Source: Ptychomitrium polyphyllum (Eukaryota). From it: a stretch of 64,000 nt of DNA. The stretch spans positions 22,320,001 through 22,384,000 of the forward strand of contig OZ316775.1 in the NCBI GenBank assembly GCA_973851085.1, read 5' to 3'. Under the pieces are notes generated by a model, which ran no database searches, was not told the DNA's origin, and saw only the letters and a program-made list of their open reading frames with translations. Shown in pieces: positions 24,801-38,030 of this stretch; the first letter of the stretch is position 1; every line of letters begins with the position of its first letter. Both the position numbers and the translations under genes were made by a program.

Positions 24801-26367
24801 ACTTTCGAAAGCATGTACTTGAGATAGGATATTGTAATGCAACTAATATTGAAGTTTTTTGATATCGCTGTTCAAATGCAGGCTGAGGCTTTGACTGCCG
24901 TAGGGAATATAGTCCTCGACTTTACCCCACAGAAACTGGTTATCATGCAAACTGATGGGATTGCCCAGCTCATAAATCTAGCTCAATCTATGGATCACAC
25001 TCTCAGACGGAATGCAGTTTTGGCCTTAAAGAATTTGCTCTTTATGGCAGACATCACAGTGAAGCGTCGAGTAATGGCTGAGCTTACAATTCCTACTTTA
25101 TGTAACCTCATTCAAGGTAAATTGGGGTTCATTTCATACATGTAGAATATTTCATATTCTGTTTTACGAAGATCTTACTTTGATGTGATTTTACAGTGTA
25201 GGTGTATTAACCACCATAGGTTACTCAAGCTGTGGAATCTCTTTTAGACTTTCTGGCGTGTTGAGTGTGTGGACTGGTAGTTTGAGGATACTCAGATTTT
25301 GAAGCGATCACTTGAGTTTGCATTTTGATATTGTACTAGTAAACTTGAAGCTGCTCACTTGAGTTGTGTCTAAGCGAAATGATTTGGCTCGTCACTCGCA
25401 GATTCTGAAGAGGAAGTGCAGGAGCAAGCGATCACACTTGTGCAGAATTTAGTACATGGGGAACCAGATTCTATTGATCAAATATTTTGTGATGGAGGCA
25501 TACTGTTCCACGCTATCGAGAAACAGCTCGTCAATCTCCGCCCTGATGTATCTTTGCAGGTTTGGTCTCATGCAATCTTACCCTTCTTGGTTAAGTTAGT
25601 AGCAGCTTATTTCTTGTAGAGCTATGTCCAAGTTATAAATCTTGTACATAGCTCTACAAGCAGTAAGCTGTAGCAGGTTAGATGTATGCTACAGTTTTAT
25701 AATCTGTGCGTATGTTGTGTTCTATGTCAGAGGTAAGCATTAAATTGTGTTGTTTTAGATTAAGGTGTAAAATATTACAGTTATCTTCAGTTATGGTAGG
25801 ATGCTGATTTCGTGGTTGAATTTTCAGGCTCTTTATGTAATCAATAACGTGGTATCCGGGAGTGAGGTGCACAAAGAGGCAGTTATGACATCAATACTGT
25901 CTTCCCAAGTAGCTAACAGCACTTCCTGGCTGACTCGTTTCCTGCAAGACATGGGCAACCCTCAGCGCAGAGTTGTAGCTGTCTGGTGTATTATCAACCT
26001 TTTGTACCCTGTTGGAGGGGATATCAGCTCACGTATGATCAGGTTGAAGGAAGCAGGGGTGGAGGCTCAGCTTCACAAGATGGTGGACGATTCATGTTTG
26101 GATGTCAAAGTAAACACATATTTACTAACTTTTATTAGTGAATTGTTCATTCTTGTTTAGGGACTCATTTATGGCTTAGATTGCAACCCTTGAATTAGCT
26201 GGAGTTTCTCTGCAACATAGTCACATTCTGTCTGGTTGGTTTTCAGATGAAGGGCTTATTGTTCTAACTGTTTATTTTTTTTTCAATTTTTTTAAATGCA
26301 GAATCATGTGAAGACAGCTTTAGAATATTTCTTGCCCGCGACTGTTACTACAACTTCAGGGCGTTGA
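21825..26367 (+). CDS. ARMC8: Armadillo repeat-containing protein 8 homolog (GID5/Vid28-like CTLH complex subunit), ~655 aa
   Basis: LKAIRDVKNQIIGNKTKKLSYIKLGAVP signature; phase-compatible GT-AG exons 21825-22151, 22577-23105, 23326-23519, 24169-24264, 24569-24649, 24882-25116, 25402-25559, 25828-26109, 26302-26367. Confidence 0.92.
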
Positions 26368-27633
26368 GCAGTTTTGAAGGCACTATATATTGTTACTGAG
26401 GGAACATTTAGCGTATTCCTTCCGACGACTCACTATGCAACATAGTGGTCGTTCGCCTCTTGGGCTTTCGGTGTGTGCAGTCAATCATGGGTTGTTTCTC
26501 GAATACGTAAGTTATCCAGGCGCAAGCACTTGTGAGTGCACTTCGGACTTGCAGTTTGAGTGGAAGTAACAAGAAAGCCCATTTATGTATTTAATCCCGA
26601 AGGCCAACAAGGTTAATCGTGCACCTACAGGTTCAGGGTAAGCCAGCTTTCATTACTACTGCTTATGAGAGCTCCACCTTATTAGCCTTCTGATTTATAA
26701 TCAAACGGTTTGTCCTTGCTTAATCGGATGGTGATTAAAACTTCTTGAGTAGAATGGCTTGGTTATCAAATGCTTACAAGCTGGATGATGATTCTGCAGA
26801 AGACAGGGAGCTACAAATATAACCATTGGAGGTGGAGTCTTCAGTGACATCAGATTAGGTTTTCTTGTCGTAGTCGTGTATTGATTTTTTATTGATTAGG
26901 TCAAGCAGTCACTTTTTCGAGTGTTGTTGTATATTGGTTTTTGTTACTAAGCCAAGCTTGTTTTCAGTTTTTGATACAAGGTATTTGTTGCTTATCGTTT
27001 TAGTGATCAAATTTCTTGGTCTCACTTAGCTCAATTATCATAACGATTGGAGAAGCTCGTAAGCATATGCTTAAGGCTGTCGATATCAATCTGTGTAGCG
27101 TGATTCAAGATTCCCTATCGTCTGTGCATTTCAAATCTAATGCATTTCACGGGGTTTCTAGGTTTGTATTTTAAAGCCTCCCTGCGATCCAGAGGTGACC
27201 ATTGAAATATATCTAGTGTGATCTTAGTCACAAAAGTTGATTTTGAAGTTTGGCTGCTAATTTGTTTTTATTTTATTTAATCTTGGTGCAATTTGCTGTC
27301 CAAGTCAGTCACCTTTGAGATGTTTGAGTTCCTCGTTTTGAAGCACATAACTGGCATCCTCCTCATCGTGCTCTGTGAACACAGCAACCAGGGAAGATTA
27401 TTGGTCTTATTATAATCTGCCTAACTTTGAATGGTTATGGATGTTTTATTCATCGCTGTCTTGTTGCACCTAAGCTTGAGCATCCTGTCTGGATTCATCA
27501 GCATCACTGTACTCGGTAGCTTTGGGACCTTGTGATAACTACATTCTTTAGCCAGATGACCCTGCAATGCTTCTATAAAAGTGCATCTTGCCAGCTGAAC
27601 AATGTTTAACACTTGGTGAAGTGGACTACTGTT

Positions 27634-28402
27634 TTAGTGCTGTTGATCATGGTGCAGGGTCATCGAACTAAAGAATGTTATGACAGTGCAAATTAGTAAT
27701 TGTGGTGTAGTGATGTCACCTTCCGCTTTTAGTGAGCAATCTGCACGCGAACCTTCCTGTTGCTCAAGCAGCTTCATAACAATTTCACGCTCATTCTCGT
27801 TTTTCATAGATTGCAACTGCTTCCTCCGTTCTGTAGCCTGAGCAAATCTGTCTGCAAGCATCTTGTCCAGATTGTGCAAGTTACCAACGTCTTCATCGAG
27901 ATCCAATAGAGGAGTCAACAGATCTCGCAGCTTCTTCGGCTCTCTTCTCCTCAAATTTTCCTGATTCGTACCTACATGTACCTGTTTATCCGAGGCACAT
28001 GGAGGAAGATCTTGTCCCATTGCCGAACAACTTGCAGCCCCTTATGCCCTCCTGGTTGCAGCTTCTGGATACCAAACCCTAACAGTGAAATCAATCTAAC
28101 CAGACGTAGAAATTTCACACAACAGTCATCTCGTATTCCCTTTGTTCAAAATATACAGAGCCAGGTGTGGCATTATCTCCCACAATGCTATTTCGTTCTC
28201 TTTTCTGTGCAGCAGCCTCGTGTTCTTCCTCGGTCGTGGTCTCCCTGAGAAACTTGGTGGCCAGGAGGTTGATCACACACAGAATCCACACCACCGCCAC
28301 CTCCACCACTGTCATGCTCAATTTCTCAAAGCCAGCACTTGATCTTTTACCTTCACCGATACTAGGCCTCTGATTCGAATTTCGAATAAGCCACCCCTTC
28401 AA
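27634..28402 (-). pseudogene. Possible decayed coiled-coil protein gene of unknown family
   Basis: Protein-like ORF pieces (hydrophobic VEVAVVWILCVINLLA; charged LADRFAQATERRKQLQSMKNENERE) separated by stops; no family recognised. Confidence 0.3.
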
Positions 28403-29399
28403 CAGCCAATGCTATGAAAAACGAGTATGAAACTGGCAGTATAACTGTCCCTCTTAACATGGTGACATAATTATTGTGTCAAGAGTTCGAATGGGAAACA
28501 TAAGCAATATATTGCCTGAACATCCAGTGTGTGACCTGGACCGACTGTCGATGATGAGACATGAAAGTCGTGTGCTTTCATTGATGGAGCGCATCGGAGG
28601 TAACTGCCCCAACGATTACCAAGAAGCGAGATTGGTCACGCCGCACAGTAACACATTCTGATACCGGGCTCTGGTAGGAACCAGATCCTGATAACATGTG
28701 GAATTCCGTGACCAGGCAGCCAACGCAACAAACTTCCTTCGGATCTACGTTCAAGTGTCCATGATGAGTCGCAACCTAAGTGCAACAAAGACATGCAAAT
28801 ACTCTTGTATGTGTACATGTGTTTTTGGTAGTTGTTGCATAAGGCATGAAGGTAATTTGGAGGCAAAGGTCACTTGAGAAGGGCCTCCTATAATTGGCGG
28901 CTCCAATTTCTTAAATTACAGGATGTTCTTTGCCTTAATTCAATGCTCTCAGTCAATAGAAGCAAATGGTTTCAAATCGGTCCTACCTATTTTAAATTCA
29001 ATTGCAATTGCATTAATCGTTTTTTTGTCAAGGAAGTTTATCAATTGAATCCAACATGGATGCAAAGTCTTTAAAGTGGGCACTTGAAATATACAAAGGA
29101 TTCAAATTTGTTCATATTTGACATTGTATTCAAATGTTGTGTAATTTTTTGTAATGTGAACTTTGATTTAAGAAGAATGTATCTTTCTTTGGTAAGTAGC
29201 ATTGACGTCTGTGTGCTCTAATAACAAAAGAAAAGTTGAGTTTATTAAATAAAAAATCCTGTTTGCTGTGTTTGTTTCAAATTAACAAGAATTATGGTAG
29301 AAATTACAAATTTTAAAAGGAATATGGAACCATATTCAAAAATATGTTTTTTAAACAAAAACAAAGATGTATGTGGATATTGTATTTGTGCTCAAATGT

Positions 29400-30180
29400 G
29401 CTCTTCAAAGATACGTGCCTATCCTTGTTTAAATTCAAGAATTAAAATGTTTTTAGAAAAGATTAAAATTTCTAGAAAATGTTAAAGATAGAAGCTTTTA
29501 GAAAGGTTCCCAGAAGATTTAAGAAGGCCAAAAAAACTTCCAAAGAAGTCGCCTTAGCTAAAAAAAGCTTCCAATGAAGCAACTCAAGGTTGCTTAAGTA
29601 CAAAGCATTGTAATGGAAGCTTCCAAGGCTTATAGTTCTAGTTTATATAGGAATTAGGGTTTGAAAGATTTTCAACTTTGACAACTCATTTCTTATGGTT
29701 TAGCATAAACTTTTTGGTCTTGTGTCAAAACCTTGTTATAATTCTTTGTTTCCAGTATGCTTTGGAAATATCTTATTCCATATCTTGAAGTCTTAAAACC
29801 TTGCTTTGTTGTTATTTTGTTCATATGTGGATAATCTAAGAAGAAACAACAAAAAACATATGGATAATCTAAGAAGAAATAGTACAATTACAAAATAAGC
29901 CACAAAGTTTTTCATTTATTTAATTCTTTCTAAGATTAACCATTATGATCTTTGCATATGGTCTTATATTCTAGATATATAATAAAATATATTCTCTATA
30001 TATTAGGCCACCACAATAGTTATTGTTAAGGTTCACCTTATTTGAAAGATTATCTTTATAAAGCACCTAATATACTTTTTTAAATATAGTGATTTTACTT
30101 GAATAGTTGGTTGTAATTCATATTATATTCTTATGTACAACCCCTAGGTAAATTAAAAGATATTCATTAAATGGTATTAC
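29400..30180 (+). mobile_element. Possible highly degenerate LTR remnant
   Basis: AGAAGGTTCC/GAAGCTTCC repeats, TATATAG near 29645, ATGGTATT near 30171 resembling a decayed Met-tRNA PBS; AT-rich; termini not resolved. Confidence 0.3.
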
Positions 30181-31680
30181 CTTTATTATATAGGAACTTG
30201 AAAACAACAAGAAAAAAATATGGAAAATTTAGAAGTCAAGGAATATATAGAAGTTAATTATGAGGGAATTGCCAAGTAAAAGATTGTGATTACAAATATA
30301 GCAACCAGGGGTACTCAAAGGTGGAGTTGAGAGATGGAATTTGCCACAAAGGTTTTCAAAGAGAAGGTTTAACATTTGGATTCGTATGTCAGTATGGGAA
30401 AATAACCTACTTGTTCTTCTATGCAAACACCTGGTTCCCTTGCTCCACGTTGGATTCCACTACCGATGGGAACAAACCTGCCAGCCTCTCGTTCATGACA
30501 TTCTTACACCTTTAATTCTACACCCCTGCACTGCTATTACTGGAAACGATTGATGCTCTTTCACACAACTAGGAACCAAACCAGTGAGGTCACATCCACG
30601 TATATCCCATCAGAATGTTCTGATCAAGAATGCTTTGCTGTGCAACAGCAGCGAGAAGTTGCTCACCCCTCAGGACACCGCAAATCACGGCGATGTCGCA
30701 GTGCGTCACAATTCCACTGGTCCCACCTCCCAAAACTCTGCAGTGCCAAGATTGACCTCGCCGACTATAGACCAGTTCTCCTTTCTCACCTCCCATTATT
30801 TCCCAACCCAACCCAACCCCAACCAAACCAGGGCATTTATAACATTCTCAAAAACCATCATTATACATAAAACAGGCATCAGCTACGGAAGCCGTAGATA
30901 TCATATTTTGAAGTGTTCGTCCTGGGTACGGTATGTTGGATTTGGGTTCAGTGACAGGTTTTGGGCCATTAGCCGCCGTCCCTTCCAAGGCGGCTCTTTT
31001 GGCAAGTTGCTGTTGCAGCGCCTGATGATGAGGAATTGCCAGACAAGATCATGTGTTGCGACTCACAGGCATGCTTCTACTACACTTTTGCAAAAGAAGC
31101 TTCTCGTCATCATGCTTACGACAAGCTCCTGATTGCGGACTTCCTGATGTGATGGTGCGCTTGTGAGGTGCCTGTTGCGAGCTGACGTCGCCTAGTCCGT
31201 GCAAAGGTTGTGATTTTCTCAGTTGGGTCACAGGAGTTTGGGGTGAAGAGGTGAGGTGTCTGGTACGTTTGAGCTTATGAGGATTGATTCAAAGGAAGGA
31301 TTGGATCGGGTGTGGAGTGTGATTCTTCTTTTCTGTGGTATTTTCTATTTGGACGTGGGTTTGTGAGTTTTGCTCTGTTGTTTTGAGTTTGGTGGAAGTT
31401 GGTGACGTTTGCGGGAGGGAGTTTCCTGGAGCGGGTTGGGCTTTGGTCTGTGATGATATTGTTATGTGCTTTACATATTTTTGGTCCCCGTTGGATTGCA
31501 GTTGGGTTTTTTTTGGTTTTTTTTGGTTTACCCTGGAGCTCTGTTTGGGTCGAGTTTGAAGCTCACCATGGAAGTCAACTCAATTTTTTAGGTAGTTCTC
31601 GTTTGCTCTTGGAATTGTGACTAATTCTAAAGATTAGCGTTTGGAGGTAAAGTTTGTAGCGTTTGTGAGTTTTGTTCACC

Positions 31681-33236
31681 ATGGCGAGCGGGTTGCGATC
31701 GGGTGACCAAGGTTTACACTCGCCCCCAGGATCTTCAACGTCACCGGGACTACTAAGACATACTACCGGCTCGGCGTCAAACTCTGTGCGCAGCTCGCAA
31801 GGCAGACCGTCAAACTCAGAGAAGACGCCTTTGCTCCCCCTCTTTGCCAAGGCGCCGGATCGAGTTCCTGGAAGCCAGAAACGTGGGATTTACGGCGCAA
31901 TGCAGGATGATGGAAAGCCGAAGCTACCAGATTATGAAATCCCCATTTGGCAGGTAATTATTAGCAAGAAAACATGCCTTTATCTTCATTTGAAATCTGC
32001 CGGCTATCTTCCTTCGATCTTGGTTACTGCTACAAACCTGATAATTCGGTCAATACTTTTGTCGAAAAGTTGTGTGCAATGCAGCGAGGGTAGTTTGACA
32101 TTAATGTACCTATCAGATTTTTAGTTCTACCTATTAAGATTTTCGGCATGAGCTCTTAAATCGCAAGATTGTCTAAAGTGTACCCTACGATATTTGTCCT
32201 ATGATTGGTCACTGGTCATAAATTTTGTCTAATATCATGCCTTCTAAACTTCGATTGCATTCTGTGAACTATAACAAGCATGTCTTTGAAAGCATGCTTC
32301 TGTGTTGACTGTGTTTCCATGCTCTTTTGTTTGTCTTGTATCGATTTCACAAGTTTGGTACTGGCATCGTTTTCTTGAATTAGAAATATCAGGGCATTGT
32401 CAGCTTTCTTCCTTTTGATTTTGATTGCAAACTAGAAACTGTACTTCGGTCAATATCTTTTTTAACAGTCAAGTCCAGTTTCGATTGCAGGTAGTTTGAT
32501 ATGAGATTGTCTGCAGATGTTTAGTTCTATCCTTGAATGTCTACTTCGTGATTTCCTGATCTTCAATTTTCACAATGTCGCATTGCATCGTGTGAACACT
32601 AATAATCGTCTTTTTCTATAAGCAGTTCCTCTCTTGCACGCCTTGTGATTTGTACAGAAAGGTTTTGTGCTACTTCGACAAGTATGATTCTAGCATTTTT
32701 TCTTGGAACAGAATATCCGAGCAACATTATAGTGCTTAGATGATGAGTGTAGCTTGTTTCTCAAAAGGGATGTCTAAGCCTTTTCGTTGTTGCCTCTGCT
32801 GCAGAACCAGCCGATGTGGAGCACGGGGCTCTTCGACTGTTGTGCAGATGTTCCCATGTGTTGCTTCACCATATTCTTCCCATGCTTTGCATTTGGCCGG
32901 AATGCGGAGGTATTGGACGGAGGCAAGAACTCTTGTTGGACTGCTGCAGCAGTGTGGTGGGCGCTGCAGCACACCATTGCACTGGGGTGCTTGTACTCAG
33001 CATCTTATCGTGGAAAGCTGCGCTCCAAGTACAACATTCCGGAAGGTACTGTGTCTGACTCCGTCATCCACTGTCTCTGTTGGCCTTGTGCATTTTGCCA
33101 GGAACACCGAGAGATTCACTACCGGAGCTTTGGTCCCGAATCATGGGGCCAAACTTTCACGGTTGCCCCTGTCCAACAAGAATTCCAGTCATCTCACGTG
33201 AAGATTTTTGAGAAAGCCAAGTCTCTCGTTAAATAA
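31681..33236 (+). CDS. PLAC8 / plant cadmium resistance / cell number regulator family protein (~234 aa)
   Basis: Exons 31681-31953 and 32805-33236 (phase 0); WSTGLFDCC, CCFTIFFPC..FG, YRGKLRSKYNI, D..IHCLCWPCAFCQEHRE. Confidence 0.92.
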
Positions 33237-34422
33237 CTTTCTATCCTTTAATCTCGATACATTGAGAGACTCCAGGTTTACCATGAACATGACTCTGACG
33301 GAAGATTTCTGAGTGTAGCAAAGCCTCCTCGGGAAGTTGCATCGTTAGCAACATTACAGGAGTCGAAGATTCTGTAGTGCAGATGCCGGGCCTTGTAGAA
33401 AGTAGAAGCCCATTCAATTCTTTGCTTATCAAACGATGGTTATGACTTTAATTTAAAAGTAAAGCCACAGATCCTAGCATCTGAAAGGTTTTGTAATATA
33501 CTTATTCAGACTTTCAATAGCAAACCATACAAGATTCGTATTCTAACAATCAATTCATTGCAGGCAGGTGTTTTAAAAATTGTTCACGGTGGTTGGATCA
33601 TTTGTGGTACAGCTTTGGCATGTGGATATTCTGTGTAACGAGTCAGTAGCACTGAGCTGAGACATACCAATTATTGAGATGGAATTTTTTGATCTTTTTA
33701 TGTTTTGAGTCACACTTCTATCATCATGGTATAAATTTTGTACAGTAGAATCATGCTTAAGATGGAGAGTAGCACAAAAAGAATCCAATTGAGTGTTTCT
33801 ATTCAAAGTGGAGGCATATGGATGCATGTCTACGTTCAATATTTGCTCAAAAAGTGGTGAGAGTTTGGGACATGATTCTTCATCATTAGTACTCACATCC
33901 ACAATTTTTTGTATTCTGCATGACTACCTTTATATACAGAGATTTCATGTTAAGAGAGCCCATGTTAAACACAATTGAGATCTAAAATAATGTGGGATCT
34001 TGAGATCTAAAATAATAATGTGGGATCTTGATAGTATAGTCATGCATACCCCATCTCTTCCCAAATGTTCAATATCTCAAATAGTGTGGATCCGAAGTTC
34101 TTAGAATATAAAGATCTCATAATTAATAGAAGTGGTCCACATCCATAGAAATGTTCCCATAATATAGATTGCTCTTAATGATGTAATCCACACTATGTAT
34201 AATAAAGGTATAATTACACAATCTTTATTTAATTTAACCTTAAAAGCTTTAATTGATTCAAGCTTTTAATTAATTCAACCTTTTAAGAATTAATAGTTGA
34301 TTCCATGTTATGAAGCACCAATTTCATATGAGGGGCTATATTTATCCAATAAATATCATTCTATTTCACGTAGTTCAAGGTCTACAACATTGTAGGTGGG
34401 ATTGTGGGTGGGACCATAGCCC

Positions 34423-34495
34423 AATATATTAAGGTAATGATTTTGAATATATTAAGGTAATGATTTTGAATATATTAAGGTAATGATTTTGAATA
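34423..34495. repeat. Perfect 23-bp tandem repeat x3 (AATATATTAAGGTAATGATTTTG)
   Basis: Copies at 34423, 34446 and 34469. Confidence 0.95.
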
Positions 34496-34665
34496 GTTCA
34501 TATACATTCGTTGACAACAAATTCCATCCGCAAGCACAATTGGGGGTTAGAGCTTTATGAGTCCTATTAAAGTCAGATTTGATTTAAAAGAACACCTTCG
34601 TGGTCCACAACCAGAATGATGACCAAAGAATTTCCATGCTCATGGGATGGGCGTTGCATCAGTAG

Positions 34666-35834
34666 CTATGGTGATTCTGCCCGACATGTTGCACCAAGTC
34701 GCTTCAGGATGCTATTTGTAGGAGAGCAGCTCTCGAGGACATCTTCATAGAGGTCACTAAGTGGACTTCCAAAGCTCTCGCTTGCCATATCAGAGTCTTC
34801 ACTTCCTCTCTCATCCCCAACCTCTTCACGTGGAAAAATATCGTCCTGCAACTCAGACACACCACCTTCGAATTTCACAGACCCCGTTTCAAAAGCTCCA
34901 GCGACAACCTCTTCCACAGATTCACAGTGGTGACAACCAAGCTTGCTGACAGGGTCCAGTAAATTTCCTGGAGGAACTCTATATGATTTACTATCTTGAC
35001 ACTCTGGGGTAAACTGCTTTACAAAGGACTCAAGGTTCATAAGTTCCTCCCCCTTCGAATCCTGTACTTTTTCTCCAGGCAAAGCACTGTGCCCTCCTAG
35101 AGCTTCACAAAGACTATGATGTCCTGGTACATAAATCTCCTTGGAAAGAGGTCTTTCATCAGTAGGGACATCTTGTGTAAACCTGTGGTGTACCAAAGCA
35201 AATCCGACGGTGATATTTTCAAATTTCATCTGGTTTCCCTGAGCTGCTGGATATCGATTACCATGTTGATTGCCGGGGTACATCGCCGGTACTTGAGCTA
35301 TCTGCTGAGGGTAGTATGATGCACCTGGATACATCTGCTTTTGAGTATTATACTTTGCTGCTTGTGCTTGAGCTTGGGCTTGTGCGTGTGCTTGAGCTTG
35401 TTGCCAATTATAATTTGTAGCTCTTTGTAGGGAATAATTTTGGGGAAGTTGGACTGAAGTTCTTGCTCCTAGCTGTTGTTTCATCATGGCTGCTTCCCGG
35501 AACTGACTTACTTGCAACTGTGATCCTCGTCGTGCAGCTATTGGTATGCCAAGTGGAAATTCGTCGTCACTGCTCAAGTCTAGCAATCGCCGAGGAGGAG
35601 CTGCTGCCCATGGAAGCTGAAACCCAGACCACCGATAATCGCTGGACTTCAGAGACTTCGCTTTTATCAATCTGCAAACAGTCGAGGAATGAATAAGTCC
35701 GAATAACGGTGATGCCTATCATGAATGAGAAACAATCATTCCTGTCATAAATGGGAGTCCATAATTTATTAGTTTGCAAGGTAAAATCAAGTCAGGTCAT
35801 TGTGGAGGTCAGGAGACTGTTTGCACCTGTCCAT
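34666..35834 (-). CDS. Uncharacterised protein (~337 aa) with Q/A/Y-rich low-complexity region and acidic/Ser-rich C-terminus
   Basis: 1-kb open frame starting at a TTTGCAG acceptor (exon from 35671); 8-nt upstream exon ATGGACAG|GT (35834-35827) is phase-compatible, giving MDRLIKAK... Confidence 0.7.
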
Positions 35835-36353
35835 CAGGCTGAATGTAGTTGGCGTGCGTAGAATCCTGCACAAAAATTTACATCAAACGGTCACGGATGA
35901 TCGGTGGACGCAAATTTCTTTCAGATTCAAAAACAAAGTTGTCACCTCTTCACTAAGCGTACTCAGCGTAAACATGCACCCTGGGAGTACCTACGATGCA
36001 GCCGGCCACGTGTGCAAGGTTTCTAGGACAAAAATGATCTTACTCTAGACCTCATACAGTCGGCAGGACCTACAGGGTTTTTATCTCCATGCGTCGTGTC
36101 ACCAACAACATTGAATTGGGAGTAGACTCGATGTTGTAGTATCCTGGTTCGCTTGGAGCGCACGGCATCCACATTGGGTTAAAGACCTGCATGATTTATG
36201 CTTGTGCTTAAGATCTAGTATACTAACTTCCAAAACCCCTACCTCAATATCTGGTTTCAACTAATTCCTATCCTCTTCAAGTTTAGAATGTATACTATAG
36301 TGAAACAGCCAACCCTAATACAAACACATTGAAAAGGAACTATTGATTGTCTA

Positions 36354-38030
36354 TTAAAGCATGCGCAGAAAACAGACTGATTTTAGACCGGAAGTTTTAA
36401 GGATTTTATTTACCCTGTTTTGTTCACATTCCAGCTGATCCCGGGTTTCCCTTGCCATTAAGACATTGTATCTCCGCAGATATGTAATTCCAAACGAATT
36501 GAGACAGCCGATGCAGCAGAGGCCAAGGATACCTACCACACACACTCCAGCCACCGTAGCCTGGAAAGTCGACAGGCTCGTCACTGATGCACACAATGAA
36601 ACCAGCACTAGGTTACTCAAGCTTCATTCAAGCTGTTCTATCTGACAAAATTTGTGGAGATCTAGTGGGCGGCTTTATGGACATCTAGGTGGAGAGTATA
36701 ACCAATTGAGATACTTACAAGCAGTTGGTGCCCAGATGGAAATGGTCTTGAACTCGTTAAATACGATCACCCTATTATCTTTTACGGATGTAACATTCCA
36801 ATTCAAAGTAATCGTCATGGTTGCCTTGCCAACAATATCCTGCTTGCCACCACCTACCGAAGCACTTCTGGTCATTCCTTAAAAGTTTCAGTGCCCTGAA
36901 CAAAACTATTTGTTAATGCTCAGTCTCCCTCTTCCAGAAGTCTTCCACTGCATAAGCTGAAACCTCATCTAGCCAGCCTTGTAGCATTTGACAAAGAGGC
37001 TTCTTAGTAAAGAAAGACCGCTACTGCACCAAATCCGATATGTTTCTAAGACCTGATGATTTCTCGTACCTCCGCAGCTATGACTTCCTCTAAGGCTCAA
37101 CAGTGCCACAACAGACGAAAAGAGCAACTGAATCTCCTAAAACTCAAAGAAGGAGCAGGTTATGAGGTATGTACATTGTCTGCGCCTTTTCCGTAACGAA
37201 GGGTGTCGAGAGCATTATTGGCGATGGACACATTTTGGTAGAACTTAATGCCCAAACCAGTCACCGGCCATGAATTGTTTAGAGGAAGTGATGGCAGAAT
37301 CCACTCGCCAGTCGGGTCAGTTTGAACCAAGGTAAAGTTCGCGACAAAATTGGGCACGGTCACTCGAGCAGCACCCCCATGGCATTGTATTGTCAACCAC
37401 ACAACCAGTCCTGCAAGGATCAACCAACACAAGCAAATTGAAATAGCCTGAATCATCTGACCGAACGTTCACAGAACCGAGCACTCTCTATATACTTTCC
37501 AATATGGAAGTTGCGAGTAATCAAAGGTCAATGCAAGGAGAAAGACGATCAGATTACCAGACGGTGCTTGGATGTAAACAGGCTGGATAGGAATCCCTGT
37601 AGTGAATACATTCAACGATCTCGAAGAAATAGCATATGGGGCACTAATCAGGACCCGGGTTTCGGGAGTAATAACACTTGTCACTGACGTTATGATGTCG
37701 TCAGGAACAACTAACTGTTTCCAAGTGTCTGGCGTTAAGTAGTTATCCGAGTCATCACTTGAATCGTCTGCCCAAAATCCTAAAACCCCACCATCAGCAA
37801 AATCTCAAGTAATAGACTTGAAGACCATGTTCTCAAAGTAACCTCGCAGTCCAATTCATTTCCAAATTGCTGAAGAGTAATCAAGTTAGCTAATCTTCAC
37901 TGTGGATTCTACTAAAACGAGGGAGGCAGCAAATAAGGTAAAGAGCCAGAGTTTACCTTGAGCATGGAAATGAGGACACAAGCTCAACAGCAGAAGAAGC
38001 GCGACAATCCTGGCCAGCACATCTCGCAGA
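36354..38030 (-). pseudogene. Decayed secreted/membrane protein gene of unknown family
   Basis: Signal-peptide exon (LARIVALLLLLSLCPHFHAQ|GTAA); ORFs 37469-37684 and 37160-37456 in one frame split by TGA; hydrophobic segments; NxS/T sites; C-terminal TM-like VAGVCVVGILGLCCIGCL. Confidence 0.45.

Noticed and set aside
30550..31132. 182-aa and 106-aa plus-strand ORFs
   Set aside because: Non-ATG starts, no domain; lie in the probable promoter/5' UTR of the PLAC8 gene
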